From the NCBI GenBank assembly GCA_964188305.1, contig OZ076885.1: a stretch of 64,000 nt of DNA. One strand, given 5' to 3'. Source of the DNA: Podarcis bocagei (Eukaryota). Under the pieces are notes generated by a model. That model saw nothing but the letters and a program-made list of their open reading frames with translations. It was not told where the DNA came from and did not search any database. Position 1 is the stretch's first letter, and each line of letters starts with the position of its first letter. The position numbers and the translations under genes were made by a program. Of this stretch, positions 12,896 through 25,162 are shown piece by piece.

Positions 12896-14144
12896 AGGGA
12901 GGTATATCGTTTCAAAATAAATACTTAACACATTTCCAGTAAAACAAGTGGAAGGGGGGGAAGCAAAGCATAACAATATCAAACATGGAACTGTTCAAGC
13001 AATGACTACTAAAATGCTCCCTAATGATAATCGCCATGTAAAATAAAACTGTTTCCTCACTAATCTTGTTGCTGCTCTGACTTCAGACAAAATATGTTAC
13101 TCGTGAGCAAGTGCTAACATTGATCTATGACAGGCTGTCCCACAAGTGCACAATCACATCAGGGTACCCCCCCCCCCAAATCAGCCCAGAGATTTCTGGT
13201 CTCAAGTAAGACTAATACAAAATAAAATTAGTTCTAAAGGTTGGGTCTTATTCTCTATTTGGCACTTTGGATTTTCTGCAGATTGCAGGTCAGGCTGGTG
13301 TGCATCACTGGAACAGAGAGGGCACCAGTCCCTTGTCACAGCAACCACAGCATCTGTGGCAATATTACCAATCCACAAGCTGCTACTGGTTGCAAGGAAA
13401 CTGGATAGAGAACAGGAGAGGAATGGGTGCTGTAAGGACAGCAGCAGCAAGTGGCATTAAAAAAGGAAGAAAAGGCACTGTGAAAACTTGAGAACAATGC
13501 TACACTAGCAAGATACAGGCAAGCCATTAAGGCAAGCTATTGTTCCATTGGCTTCTGGTGTAATCAGATGCCATTCTTCAGTCTGAGGAAACCATATTAA
13601 GTGCCAAGTCACGCAAAAGCTCGCGCCTGCGTCACCCTATTTCAGCCTTTATCCAAAAGACTCCAAATTTGGCATTACAAAGCCTTTTCCAAGACAAAAA
13701 GTGGGAGAGGTTGGCTTCCCCTAGCTGGCACACAGCTATGGTGCATAGCTTCTTACTACTTGTGCTTAATTTACAGGTTGGTGGTTATTAGAGCCAAGAC
13801 TAACCTAGACCATAGCATTTTAACATGTTTTTGTTTTTTTAAAGAAGTTAGGGTTAAAGAACATCATGGATCTCTTTTCCTTTCAAACACCCAATGCATG
13901 TCAAAATACTAGGTTTTGGCAATAAAATCTGGATTTCGTCCAACTAAAGCAATTAAAAATTAAAGCAGAAAAAAATACTGAATTTTACTTGATGAAACAA
14001 GCATTTATAACCCTGGTTATTTTCCCATCTGACCAGATGGGTTGCTACAGAAGAGGCCATATAAATTATAACATATTAGCAGCAAAACAAACACAGCAGT
14101 ATAATCATTCTGCCTTAAGCAGCAACTTACTAGAAAAACCTACA

Positions 14145-14422
14145 TCAGTGGTTCCCACACTTTATTTCCTACTCAAAAATTGCTGAGTGACTAAAATGAC
14201 CCCCCCCCCGCCTGTTCTAGCAACTGCAATGTGCTGCGCTAGATGCTGTATGATTTTTAATTTCATTTCTATTGCTTCTTTTATTTTTTTATATTTTAAT
14301 GTATTACAATTTGAATCCCTTAGAATTCAAATTGTAAGTGTTCTTTGCATACATGTCACAGACCACCTAGATGAAGCTAGCAGACTACTAGTGGTCCACA
14401 AATCATAGTCTGGGAACCCCTG
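14145..14422. mobile_element. Older hAT-like MITE inside the putative PNPLA2 3'UTR
   Basis: TIRs CAGTGGTTCCCA / TGGGAACCCCTG. TSD is degenerate. Confidence 0.6.
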
Positions 14423-17400
14423 ATTTAAATTGTGCAAGACATTAAAAAAACAACAACGTAAGATACAGTGTTGAATAAGTTAGTGGTTGACTATATATGT
14501 ACACATACAAACATGTTTACTGTTTTCTTACAGGAAAGAAGTTTACATTTACATTATGATAAAACAACAGGGGAAAATTAGCACATGGCAGAACTTGGGA
14601 TGACAAAGGCCATGTCTTTTTTCTGAATATTTCAAAATACAAGAACTCCCCCCCCCCAAAAAAAAATACTTGGAGCAGACCAAATGGTACTTCACATGAA
14701 TTACAAGAAGTCTCTAGCTATTATCATCTTTCTATAGGAGAGAAGAGACTTTTTGATATACAAGCACTCCTTAAGAGAAAAAAGATTCTGGGTGCTATTT
14801 CATGCTAATCACACTCAGAGCAGACCCACTGAAATCCATGGACTTGCAGTATTTCAATAGGTTGACTCCAAGAGCCCTGCTTAGAGATGCTTGCTATTAT
14901 TTCATGGAAGAAGGGTGAGATAGATGTTTACTATGATGCGCTCTTCATGAACATTTCCCCCCTCCCAACGAGAATACAGGGGATCATGCAAATATTTGCA
15001 TGAAACAGGTAGCAACAATTTAACAGCAATTTAACAATTTAACTCCAAATAAGGAGTTCCATTTTTAGGTAAGGCCCTCCACAGAAATGGCACCACAGAC
15101 TATATTTCAGTTAAAATGCAGAGGACCTCTAAATTTTCCTCTGCACAAATAGCTGCTGTCTGCATTGCTTTCTTAACCAACATAAAACTAAACACACATG
15201 CAACATCTCCAAAGTTGAGTCCGCAGCTAGAGCTCCAAGGCAAATGTTTGTAGAGAGAACAGTAAATTCCTTGCCACCCTGTGTGTTTACATAAAGTTAT
15301 AGAAGAGGGACTATTGCATTGGCTAGTGCCAAATGCTCACCACTCCCATCCTGCCTAGTCACAAAGGCTTCATACTTCAATAATTCCATGTTTCTAAACT
15401 ACTTACAAAATTGTTAAGGCATGCACTTATGCTACATGAGCAGTCAATCATGAATTGGAATATTTTTCTTTTAGCGTCAAGATGGTTTTCATAACGCTAC
15501 TCATTCTCAAAATCTGTTTAGCAGCTGTGTCACTCCAGAAGCTCTGCAGAAGAAAGCATTTCTAGAAATCCTAGTATTGGCCACCATAAAAAAAAATGCA
15601 CTACAAAGTCATAATGTCCTGACTTGAGCCCATTTCAAATCATTATACTCTGAATTTTCTTTTTTTTTAAAAAAAAAGTGCCCCAAGGATGTACCTCATG
15701 GGCCTCAAAGAGTCTCATAAAGCTCAGCAGTGCAACACACCACTACTCAGATGCTTTGGAATGAACAAAAACACAAATCTATTCAATGTACACTGAGTAG
15801 TGAGGTATGCCTACCAAAGAATACCCACCCCTTTGTTCTGCAGTGGCACTCTGAATTGTATCTCTATTAACACTGCTTAACTGATATGTACTGTGCCAGC
15901 TCCCCCTGCCCCTGAATACCCCTTGGATTCTCTTTGGCATTCAACTGATTGACTGCGTTGTGAGAGGACCGAAGATGGTAGGTTAGTGTGCAAAGGAAGT
16001 CAACCTCCGCGCAGTACAGATACAAAGACTTGTTTCTCCCTGTAGCACAAACCTATCTGTGCTTTCATGGTACAAATCACAACAGGGAAGAAATATATAT
16101 TTATATTATGTATACAGGTACATAGATATGCCCCAAAGCCAATGGAAAAGCAAGCCACAGAAAACAGTATTGCTATATGATAAGGAATGCTGCCGCAGCA
16201 AATCTCTGCTAGGCTACGCAGTAGCATGAACAAGGCAACAGCAGTGAAATGTGAGATAACAGTTTAGTGCTGATACAATTAGTAGTCTGTACATCACATC
16301 TGAAAGGCATCTGTAGGGAGAGGGATTCTATATAGCAGACAGGACATGTGCTGCTACATGGAGTGCTTAACCTTTAACACACACTGCAGTGAACAATTCC
16401 AGCAAGTGGGGAACTTTGCAAAAGCATTGGGAACACATACCAGATCTTTGGCTCAGAAAACTTGAGAACCTGGCAAGTAACTAAATGTCCTTCTGGCTGT
16501 ATGAACTATAGGGGGGAAGCCCTCCAGGTTAACCTAAGACATGAATCCCTGTTTCATTTGCAGAACAGGAACCAAGATCCACTGAACTAGCCTATGGTAC
16601 AGTGGAGGGGAACCTGTGGTCCACCAGATGTTGGACAACGCCTCCCACCTTCCCTGACCATTGGTCATGCTTCCTGCAGCTGATGGAGTCCCAGAACATC
16701 TGGAGAGTGCAAGGTTCCCCACCTCTGACACAGGTGGATAGAAAGAAGGATGTGCATTCACTTCTGACACCTTCTGGCACTCTTTTCATCCTTTTCACAC
16801 TGTACTGCCATCCCTTTTAGGACCTCCAGCTCCTGACCTTCCTGACTAACCACCACACCAGTCACAATTCTGTTGGGGTTGCCAGGTCCTTTCAAAAGTG
16901 ATCAAATATACCACTGGCACAAAGTGCATATGGATTCCTCGAGGTTAAATCCAGTTTGGCCAGCATCAGTTTTGGCCTCCACCTTCATTTTCATTTTGTG
17001 AGTGGCAAAACACCCCTTCTCTCCTCACATGCTCAGCTCCAGCTCATCAGATGAGCCACAAACCATTTGAAAAACATACACTAAGCTCTCTTAGCTCCTG
17101 CATTCTTCCTCTATCCTTCTTTACATCCTTTCTGCACATTTGAAGAATAACGTAGTAGTGTTGTTTTGGGTGGGTGGGTGGAAATAGCATCATCCAAACA
17201 ACATGGAGCATCGAAAAGAAAAGAACAGCATAGCTCAAGCATACATTTAGGATTGTATTCAATTCAATTTCACTCAGATGAGACCCACTGAAATTAATGG
17301 ATCTAAATTAGTTACGGCCATTAATTTCAATGGGCCTACTTTTAGTACAACCCTTACGAAGCACGTTTCAGAGCTTCTAATATTTTCTCTCTCCATAGTT

Positions 17401-18131
17401 AAAAAAAAATGTCCATTAGAAGAGGGTGATCCTGAGAGGAACAAGGAACTCTAGTGTTCTAAGAGTTCATTTTTACAAGTCTACATTCCTAACATCTATA
17501 TTAAGAGCAGTGGCACCCAGATAGATTTGAAAGAGAATGTGGGGCACAGGCATTTAAAAAGGTGCATCAGCTGAGAGTTGAAAACCAAGGGCTGCCTTAG
17601 ATAACAAGAGCCAATCTGGCAGCCAGTTGTTGTAGCCTGCCTGCTTTTCACTATTCTGTGTAGCGCAGGCAAAGATGATCTATGAGGGACTCGGCTTTCT
17701 TCAAAACAAAGACCCTTTTACAACACTGATGTAAAACAAAGGAGGTTAAAAGCAAAGAAATGCCAGAGTACTGATTTGTGTCCCAATCCTCTTATCACAA
17801 ACGGCAAGTTCAATATGATATGAGGCCTCTGAAAAGGTGTCCCAAGCAAAACTCTTTTCGGTTCAACCAAGAGACCAAGCACTTTTGTCACATGTGCTGG
17901 GCATTTATACACCATCATCTCTAAGAGTGTACGCAACGCCCGACACATTGCTATGGGTTTGAACACTGTGCAGCCACCAGCTTAGCAGTTGCACAATGGC
18001 TATATTGATGTAAATTCTCACTCTGCAAATGAGAAAATAAGAAGTCTCTTAGCAGGTGTTACAGCTCCATTAGGACGCTGTTGAGAGGCAGCGGCTGTCT
18101 ACCCTCCCCTGCCCAAAGTGTGGCAACGAGA

Positions 18132-18396
18132 TCAGAAAAGCTGGAGGCTTTCTTGTGTGCAGCTTGCTGGCGGATGCCTCATCTGCAGCCCTTCTGATGG
18201 GAAGATGGACGCCTGCAGGTCCACGTTAATGCAGAACAACCCCAGCATCAGCTGGCGCTGGTACTCCTCCCATTTTGTCATAACGTCTGTCAGGGAGAGG
18301 TTACTCCGCAGCCACTTGGGCAGCGCCTCCCCATAGCCGATGCTCAAGGGGAGGGGCAAGCTTTGGCTTTTTCTGAGTTCCAGGTGGTAGTACAGC
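18132..18396 (-). CDS. PNPLA2: PNPLA2 last coding exon ([16 protein letters not shown]...[18 protein letters not shown]...SLQLF*)
   Basis: Acceptor (CT)n TTAG|G. In frame with ORF 18132..18359. QSLP and NLSL phosphosite motifs match mammalian ATGL. TGA at 18132-18134. Confidence 0.95.
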
Positions 18397-20411
18397 CTAA
18401 GAGAGAGAGAGAAAGAGAGAGAGGAAGATGTTTAGTTTGTTTGTCATGCTGTACTCACAAGCGCTGCTTGCTGCACTGGAGCTTCCAGGCTAGACATGGA
18501 GATACAGAGAGAGGAGTGGGGGATAAAAGACCACACATTCCCCATTGCAATTTCCCCTTAACAGTACAAGATGCCAGTGTGATGCTACCGTCACATACAA
18601 AAAGTCAGCAGCACAGGCTAGGATCATGGAAGGTGCAGGTGAGCAGTGCTCAGATTGTCCTTGCATGCCTCAATACTGACCTTTGACACCCTGGCTATCC
18701 TAGTCCTGCCCCTTCCTAGTCCCGTCATTGGCCCATAAGCAGAAAGTGCCACGTGAGCTGACTGAGGTCCAGGGGAAACTTGGAGCCTCCAGAGTCCCCA
18801 GGCTGACGGTCGTCACACTGCTGAGTTTCATTCGGTCTGAGAAAGTGAGTCAGGTGTACAAGTGAGAACACAAGCTGCGTAGAGTGGGCTGCTCTGCAAA
18901 ATGAGATTCTCCACTGGCAGAATGGGCTCCGTTATCTCTCGATAAAACCTGCACCCCGCCGAGTGAAAGCTTTGTTACTGAAAGCTGTTTCAAACAACAC
19001 ATTTGTCTGCACAAACCATCCTGATATCTTTTGCATGTTGACAGTTGACATACAGAACTGTCCTGAGAAATTAATGTGTGAATTGGAAGATCGTAGAAAA
19101 ATCATCTGCTATTGCAGGAACGAACATTTTTATAAGTCATTCCATGGAAAGTAAAGGGAAACAGGGTCCCTGTTGTTAGGTTGGAAAAATATATACGTAG
19201 TGGCTTTCTCTCCTCCTTACTTTTTTAAAAAGTTGTTGTTGTTGTTGTTTAATTAAGCATATAAACAATTGCTAAAGTAGGAAATAACAAACAACTTGTC
19301 CCAATAAAATCATATACATTTGTCTTGCTATACAACATCTCATTTGGTTGCTCTAAAAGATCACACCATGTTTCCCTGAGAGTGTTAGGTGGATTCCTAC
19401 CACTATCCAAACAATTTATATATTCAATGATTTTTTTTTGCCATGTATTATAAAAAGAATAGGGATGGTGTTTGCCCTTTGCTGTTCTGACCTGACATGT
19501 TAGTTTCTCTGCCAATGCTATTGACCACCGACTATTATACCAAGAATCAATGTTCAGCCCAAAGCCAGTTTTCCAGCATCCATGGCTATCTCCATATGGG
19601 CAACCTCTGGCTATCTTCCCCCCCCCCCACCTTTGAGATAGAATCCAATCACTTTTTGGCAGTTCACACACAATACATTTTTGCCCACTGTCCTGAACTG
19701 CCCTGGGAACATGTTCACATACAGAAAAAAAACTGAACCAAGAGTGAGCAAATAGATGCATTTGAAGAGGGTTGTTTGGGTTTTAAACTTAATCCAAGAT
19801 AGCTCTTCAGAACACTCTGTATATGGGATGCTACTATATCTAAGTTTTACTCAGAGTAGATCTAATGAAATCAAAGACCCTAACAGGTTCATTAATTTCA
19901 ATGGGTTTAACTCTGGAGTAAAACTTAGTTGAACACCACCCTTGGAAATTAGGCCTTTTTCTTTTGGAAAGAAAATTAGGCCCTTTCAAATATGTTACGT
20001 ACAACATCTAAGGACTTCAGACACTTAGTTATGTTATTTCACCGTCAAAACAAAACTGGGGACTGTCAAGCCTGGGTTTTCAGTTATTTGGTTTCTTGAA
20101 AAAGAAGCGCACAGTGCTGGAATTGCCTGTAGTTTCATAACCATGTATTCGGTTACCTAGGCACAGTAACACTAAACCTTCCTGAAGAGTAAGGCACCTT
20201 TATTTTATAGAGGGCTGTGCAAAGTAAGATGACACATCTAGAACTGCCATCTTAAGCACACAAACTTGGAGGAGAGTACAAAGGGGCTGATTTCTGAATA
20301 AGCACGGTCAGATTGGAGGCCAAAGTCCCCCTGATTACCATTTATATGGCGCCAGTCCTATGGCAACTCCCAGTGTCGCAATACTTAGAAAAGCAAACAA
20401 GATAATCCTAC

Positions 20412-20534
20412 CTGGCTGAGAGATGGCTTCCCAGCTTCTTCTTGGCTTTCCTCATCAGATAGTGGCAGACTTTCCTCGTCTGCTCCTTCATCCACCTGAT
20501 ATCCTCAGGGACATCTGGCAGCCATTCAAGCAAC
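20412..20534 (-). CDS. PNPLA2: PNPLA2 coding exon 8 ([41 protein letters not shown])
   Basis: Translated by hand because it is absent from the ORF track. Acceptor CTTCAG|GT, donor CAG|GTAGGA. 123 nt. Confidence 0.96.
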
Positions 20535-21076
20535 CTGAAGGAGACAGGTGACCAACAGGGACGCTGTTACGTAACACAGGCCATTGCTACACTGCAAGCA
20601 CGAAGGAGCACCAGCCACGTTGCAGCTTTGCAAAGGTGTTCTTAAAAACAGCTTGCACAAGGGCTCCTCTTGTGACAATGGAAAGTATTCACATAAAGAG
20701 CATGCCTCCCCTTGCTAGAGTAGACCAGTGACCTTTCTCGTCCAGAATCCCATTTCCCATGGTGGCTAACTAGGTGTCTATGGGAAGCCCAGATGCAGCA
20801 CATGAGAGCAAGAGTTTGTTCCTGCTACTGTTTCCCAGTGGCTGATAGCCACCACTGACCCTGCACATAGACCTCATGGCTAGTAGCCATTGACAACCAC
20901 ATGGGAGAGGGTTCTTGGCTTTCAATAAATTCCCTTGGAGTGGATTTTACCCTTGTTTTATTTAGAATCAAGTCCCACAGAATAGCAAGTTCTTAACGAT
21001 GCAGATAATACAGCAATCTAGGTCCCAATCACAAGCATTTCCCAAAAGCATATCAGAAACAGGATTTAGAGCATAC

Positions 21077-21209
21077 CTGACAGTGAAGGAGAGAGCCGAC
21101 TCCAGAGGAAGAGTGTATGGAAGCATCAAGGTAGAGGCCAGGCGCACAGGCAACAGGTTGGCAATGCCGGAGAACAATCCCCTCCTCTCAGCACAGGCTT
21201 CCAAGAGGG
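21077..21209 (-). CDS. PNPLA2: PNPLA2 coding exon 7 ([14 protein letters not shown]...[17 protein letters not shown]), hydrophobic lipid-droplet targeting region
   Basis: Acceptor CTCCAG|CC, donor CAG|GTATGC. 133 nt. Conserved PYTLPLESA motif. Confidence 0.96.
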
Positions 21210-22245
21210 CTGGAGATGGAGACAGTGAGTTATTCCAGTCACCAATTCAATGGGGAAAGCAGAGACTGCCCCCTCTCAATTTTTAGAGGAGAAACACCTG
21301 TCCAAAATTTAGCCCTCTTGTGGCTCCAAACATCAGCCCAAAAGGCAAGGAATAAAAATACAGTATAAGACTTCGCCCAGCTCATGAGAAGCAGCCAGAG
21401 GGATTTCTATTACTCTTCTTCCCCAGAGAAAGAGACCAAGCCTGCTGTGTTTGCCCCATGCCTCATTTAAAAGGTAGTATTCACTATAGAACTTGAATGC
21501 CTCTGAAACCTTCAATTCTGTTGGGCAGTATGAGTTAGCAACATGTTATTGCCAGGGCCCTGAAGGCCCTGCAGTTCAAAAAAACAGCATTAACTCGTAA
21601 TTTCCCAATGCAGGTGTAGGTTTGAAATGAAGTGAGGGACTTCACATGCTACAACAGGAGTGGGAATTGGAAACACAAGTCACCAACATTTTAAAAGCAA
21701 TTACTGGATGTTCAGACTACTTTGAAGATCCACAAAATCTCTCTAGCCATAAACATGCATCTACTACTAAGCAGGGGGACCAAGAGGTTTGTTATAGGCG
21801 GGAGGATTGTGTCAATTCTAGAGCTGGCAGCAAATCACTTTATTCATCTCTCCTCAACACTGATCCCCATCTTATCTGTCTACAGGCATTTCCCGACAAT
21901 TCTGCTGGTTTTTATGCTTCTGTGTCTACTATCCGTTATCTCATGAGTCACCTAAGAGAAGTTCCAATAGGAAAATAAAAAACTATAGCCAGACCCTAAA
22001 TCAAGGCAGGCAGCCTGTTCTTCTCAGATACCAACTTTACTGGGCAGTGGAGGTTGGAACCAGAGTTTCAAGTCAGTGCTGTGCACCAACTTCAGAATTT
22101 CCACATGCATATGTGAACACATGCACACTTTCAAAACATTGCTCAGTACACTTGTGTTATTAATGGGAAATAGAGATTTTCTGAAGTCCTGCGATATGTC
22201 TGCAGGGGGCCATGGAGCAAATTGTATCCCCTTACATTAGCCATA

Positions 22246-22600
22246 GGGACGCAGGTGGCGCTGTAGATTAAACCACAGAGCCTACGACTTGCCGATCAGA
22301 AGGTCGGCAGTTCAAATCACCACGACGGGGTGAGCTCCCACTGCTTGGTCCCAGCTCCTGCCAACCTAGCAGTTCGAAAGCACGTCAAAGTGCAAGTAGA
22401 TAAATAGGTACCGCTCCGGCGGGAAGGTAAACGGCGTTTCCGTGCGCTGCTCTGGTTCGCCAGAAGCGGCTTAGTCATGCTGGCCACATGACCCAACAGC
22501 TGTATGCCAGCTCCCTCAGCCAATAAAGCGAGATGAGCGCCGCAACCCTAGAGTCGGTCACAACTGGACCTAATGGTCAGGGGTCCCTTTACCTTTACCT
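22246..22600 (+). mobile_element. Sauria SINE, full length
   Basis: tRNA-like head with A/B boxes, core AAGTGCAAGTAGATAAATAGGTACC, (ACCTTT)n tail. TSD ACATTAGCCATA at 22234-22245 and 22601-22612. Confidence 0.93.
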
Positions 22601-23061
22601 ACATTAGCCATACTGCCCACCCTGTGTATTTCATGTATTCACAGTTTCCTAATTTACCTTTGGACATGGCCAATTATGGCCAACTATACAATGAAATCAA
22701 TTTAACCGTCATGGCTTCCTCCGCAGAGCCTCGAACTTGTAGTTCGACTATGTACCAGGGAAACCAAATCATCTGCACAGAACAAAATAAAACGTATGCA
22801 TATGTGCAGAATCGGAATGTCTATCTTTTAGCCTCTCAACATGCTTCTTTCTTCCGCTTCTCCCGTTTTCTCCCACAAAGGAAAAAAGCAGGACATAAGT
22901 CAGGGGTGGGGAACTCGTGGCGGAGGCCCAACATCAGATGCTGCTGAACTACATGTTCCTCACCCCTAGAGCATTATAAAAGCCTCAGCCTAGTCTGTGT
23001 AATGAGGAGAGCCTTGGGTCAGACACAGACACACAGCAGCCTCTCCAACCCAAGATCATAC

Positions 23062-23247
23062 CTTGGTTCAGTTTAGGAGGCAAGTGTTCAAGAATGTGAT
23101 CTTCAGCCTCTGCCAGTGCAGCATTCTCTCTCAGCTGGTCCTCTTCCCCTGCCTCCTCCTCCTCCTCCTCTTCTTCAGCATTCCTCACCCCGGCACCATT
23201 TTCAATAGCCAGCAAAGGGTTGGTGGGTCTTGGACGATGGAGAAGAC
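23062..23247 (-). CDS. PNPLA2: PNPLA2 coding exon 6 (GLLHRPRPTNPLL...E8...EDHILEHLPPKLNQ)
   Basis: Acceptor TTCCTCAG|GT, donor AAG|GTATGA. 186 nt, phase 1-1. EDHILEHLP is an ATGL motif. Confidence 0.95.
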
Positions 23248-24189
23248 CTGAGGAAGAAGGGAGAAGGAACTGTTGTGCTTCAACCAAAAACTTAATATGC
23301 TTTGCAGATTATCTTTCCTGACAGTGGAGAAAGTGGCAGTCACAGCCAAAAGCCACCTGCTGTCAGGGAGGATATCATGTACAATAAGCACTGGACATGA
23401 AATTGCCACCAAGGCATGTGAGACAGCTGTGCAAGGCAAGAGGGTTTACAAAGCAGAGAGAAATAGCTCCTCGGGAAAAGACTCAGTGGGCATCAATGTT
23501 ACACTCTTTTGGGCACCAGGTTAAAACTTATTTGTTTACTCAGACTTTTTTTTTAAGTGTTAAATTTGTTTTTGGAACTTTTTTTAAAAAAACCACAGGT
23601 ATCTTAAAACAATAGATCTATGGTGGATTATGTTTTCCTTTCTTTGTTATAACTGTACACTGCCATCGGATCTGTTTGAATAAAGTTTAGTTTACAAATA
23701 TTTAAAAGAATATTGTAACACGTATGTTGTACATACTGTGCGCTGTCTAATACCTAGAAGTATCGTGCAGCAGAAGTATGTTGTTTCTTGTAAAACATGC
23801 GCATGGAGGGACATTTAAATGTTAAATCCTGCCCACAAATATACCCCACCTCTGCAGACTGAAGCAATGTAGTTCTAAGAACTCAGTACCACGTGGTTTA
23901 TCTATCCAGGGACCTCCAACTCCCAATAGTCTGTGATCTACTCACAGTATAAAAAAACTGGCAGTGATCTACTCATTGTCATAAAAAGACTGGCAGTGAT
24001 CTACCCAAAGGTTGTGGAGCTTTTTTTAGGAAGCCAAAGTTGGTGGGAGTTTTTGGTTTTTTGTTGTTGTTGGGGTTTTTTTGCTTTTTTTGTAAGGAGA
24101 TCGCTGAGGGGGCAGAGATCAACCAGGACCTACCAGGAACACCCCGTGATCTACCAGTAGATTGTGATCTACCTGTTGGACATGCCTGA

Positions 24190-24417
24190 AGTGGTACCTC
24201 GGGTTACAAACATTTTGGGTTACAGATTCTGCTAACCAGGAAGAAGTACCTCGGTTTAAGAACTTTACCTCAGGATGAGTACAGAAATTGCGTGGCAGCA
24301 GCGGCGCGGCAGCAGCAGGAAGCCTCATTAGCTAAAGTGGTACCTCAGGTTAAGAATGGTTTTAGGTTAAGAACGGACCTCCGGAATGAATTAAGTTTGT
24401 AACCAGAGGTACCACTG
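24190..24417. mobile_element. Tc1/mariner MITE, copy 2 (opposite orientation, left terminus clipped)
   Basis: Same internal sequence as the other copies. Right end GAGGTACCACTG-TA. Abuts a hAT-like remnant at about 23907-24188. Confidence 0.88.
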
Positions 24418-25162
24418 TATATGCCTACACATTCTGTAAAGTACCATTTGAATTCTAGAACTACTATACATAGCTTCAATAAGAAGTCCCAAGTAGAACC
24501 TTTCACAACTGCAACCATAAGAAATCTTTGGCTGTCACCAAGTCAATTTCCTCTCTAATTGCCTTCTCTGGGGTAGTGCAGTGGGGTTGCTGAATCATGT
24601 AATATAAGAACATAAAAAGAGCCCTTCTGGATCAGAGCAAAGCCTCATTTGGTTGAGTATCCTGTTCTCATAGTGACCAACTGTTGCCTGTAGGAAGCAC
24701 ACAGGCAAGACCTGAACTACATCAATGTAAGTAGTTAACTCATGAACTGTAAGGACAAAAAAATACAGTGCACAAGATTGCTGCACTACAGACAGTGTAC
24801 CACAAGGTGGCACTATAGACACAAACAGTGTGCTCTGGCCGCAGCACCGGCTCATGCCAGAATAATAGGCAGAGTGCTAGAGAAGCATTGTTATGCTCTT
24901 GCACAGCTTCCATTAAAATGAATTTTGTGCAGGAGAAAACCCCAGTGGATCACACCCAGTGCCATTTTGCATCTATGTGATCAAATACAAAATAGATTCT
25001 CTTGTCATATCCAACGTTTTGCTTTCATTCAGCAATTTGTGTAGGAGTATGTAAAACCTCTTTGATTTACTCAGAACTTTTCTAATTATGTAGAATGGAA
25101 AGGGTGCTCAAACTCAGATAAGTGGAAATACAATTGGCAATAATGAAGCTGGCTGCTGCATA

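Noticed and set aside
19249-19761. 170-aa ATG ORF in the last PNPLA2 intron
   Set aside because: No recognisable homology, it runs through homopolymer tracts, and there is no splice support.
22246-22330. tRNA-like A/B box sequences here and at about 25440-25528 and 41410-41480
   Set aside because: SINE heads, not tRNA genes. No cloverleaf, and they continue into SINE body.
23932-24180. Short repeats of GTGATCTAC with variable spacers, superficially array-like
   Set aside because: Subterminal repeats of a decayed hAT element ending GTTGGACATGCCTG. Irregular spacing in eukaryotic DNA, not a CRISPR array.
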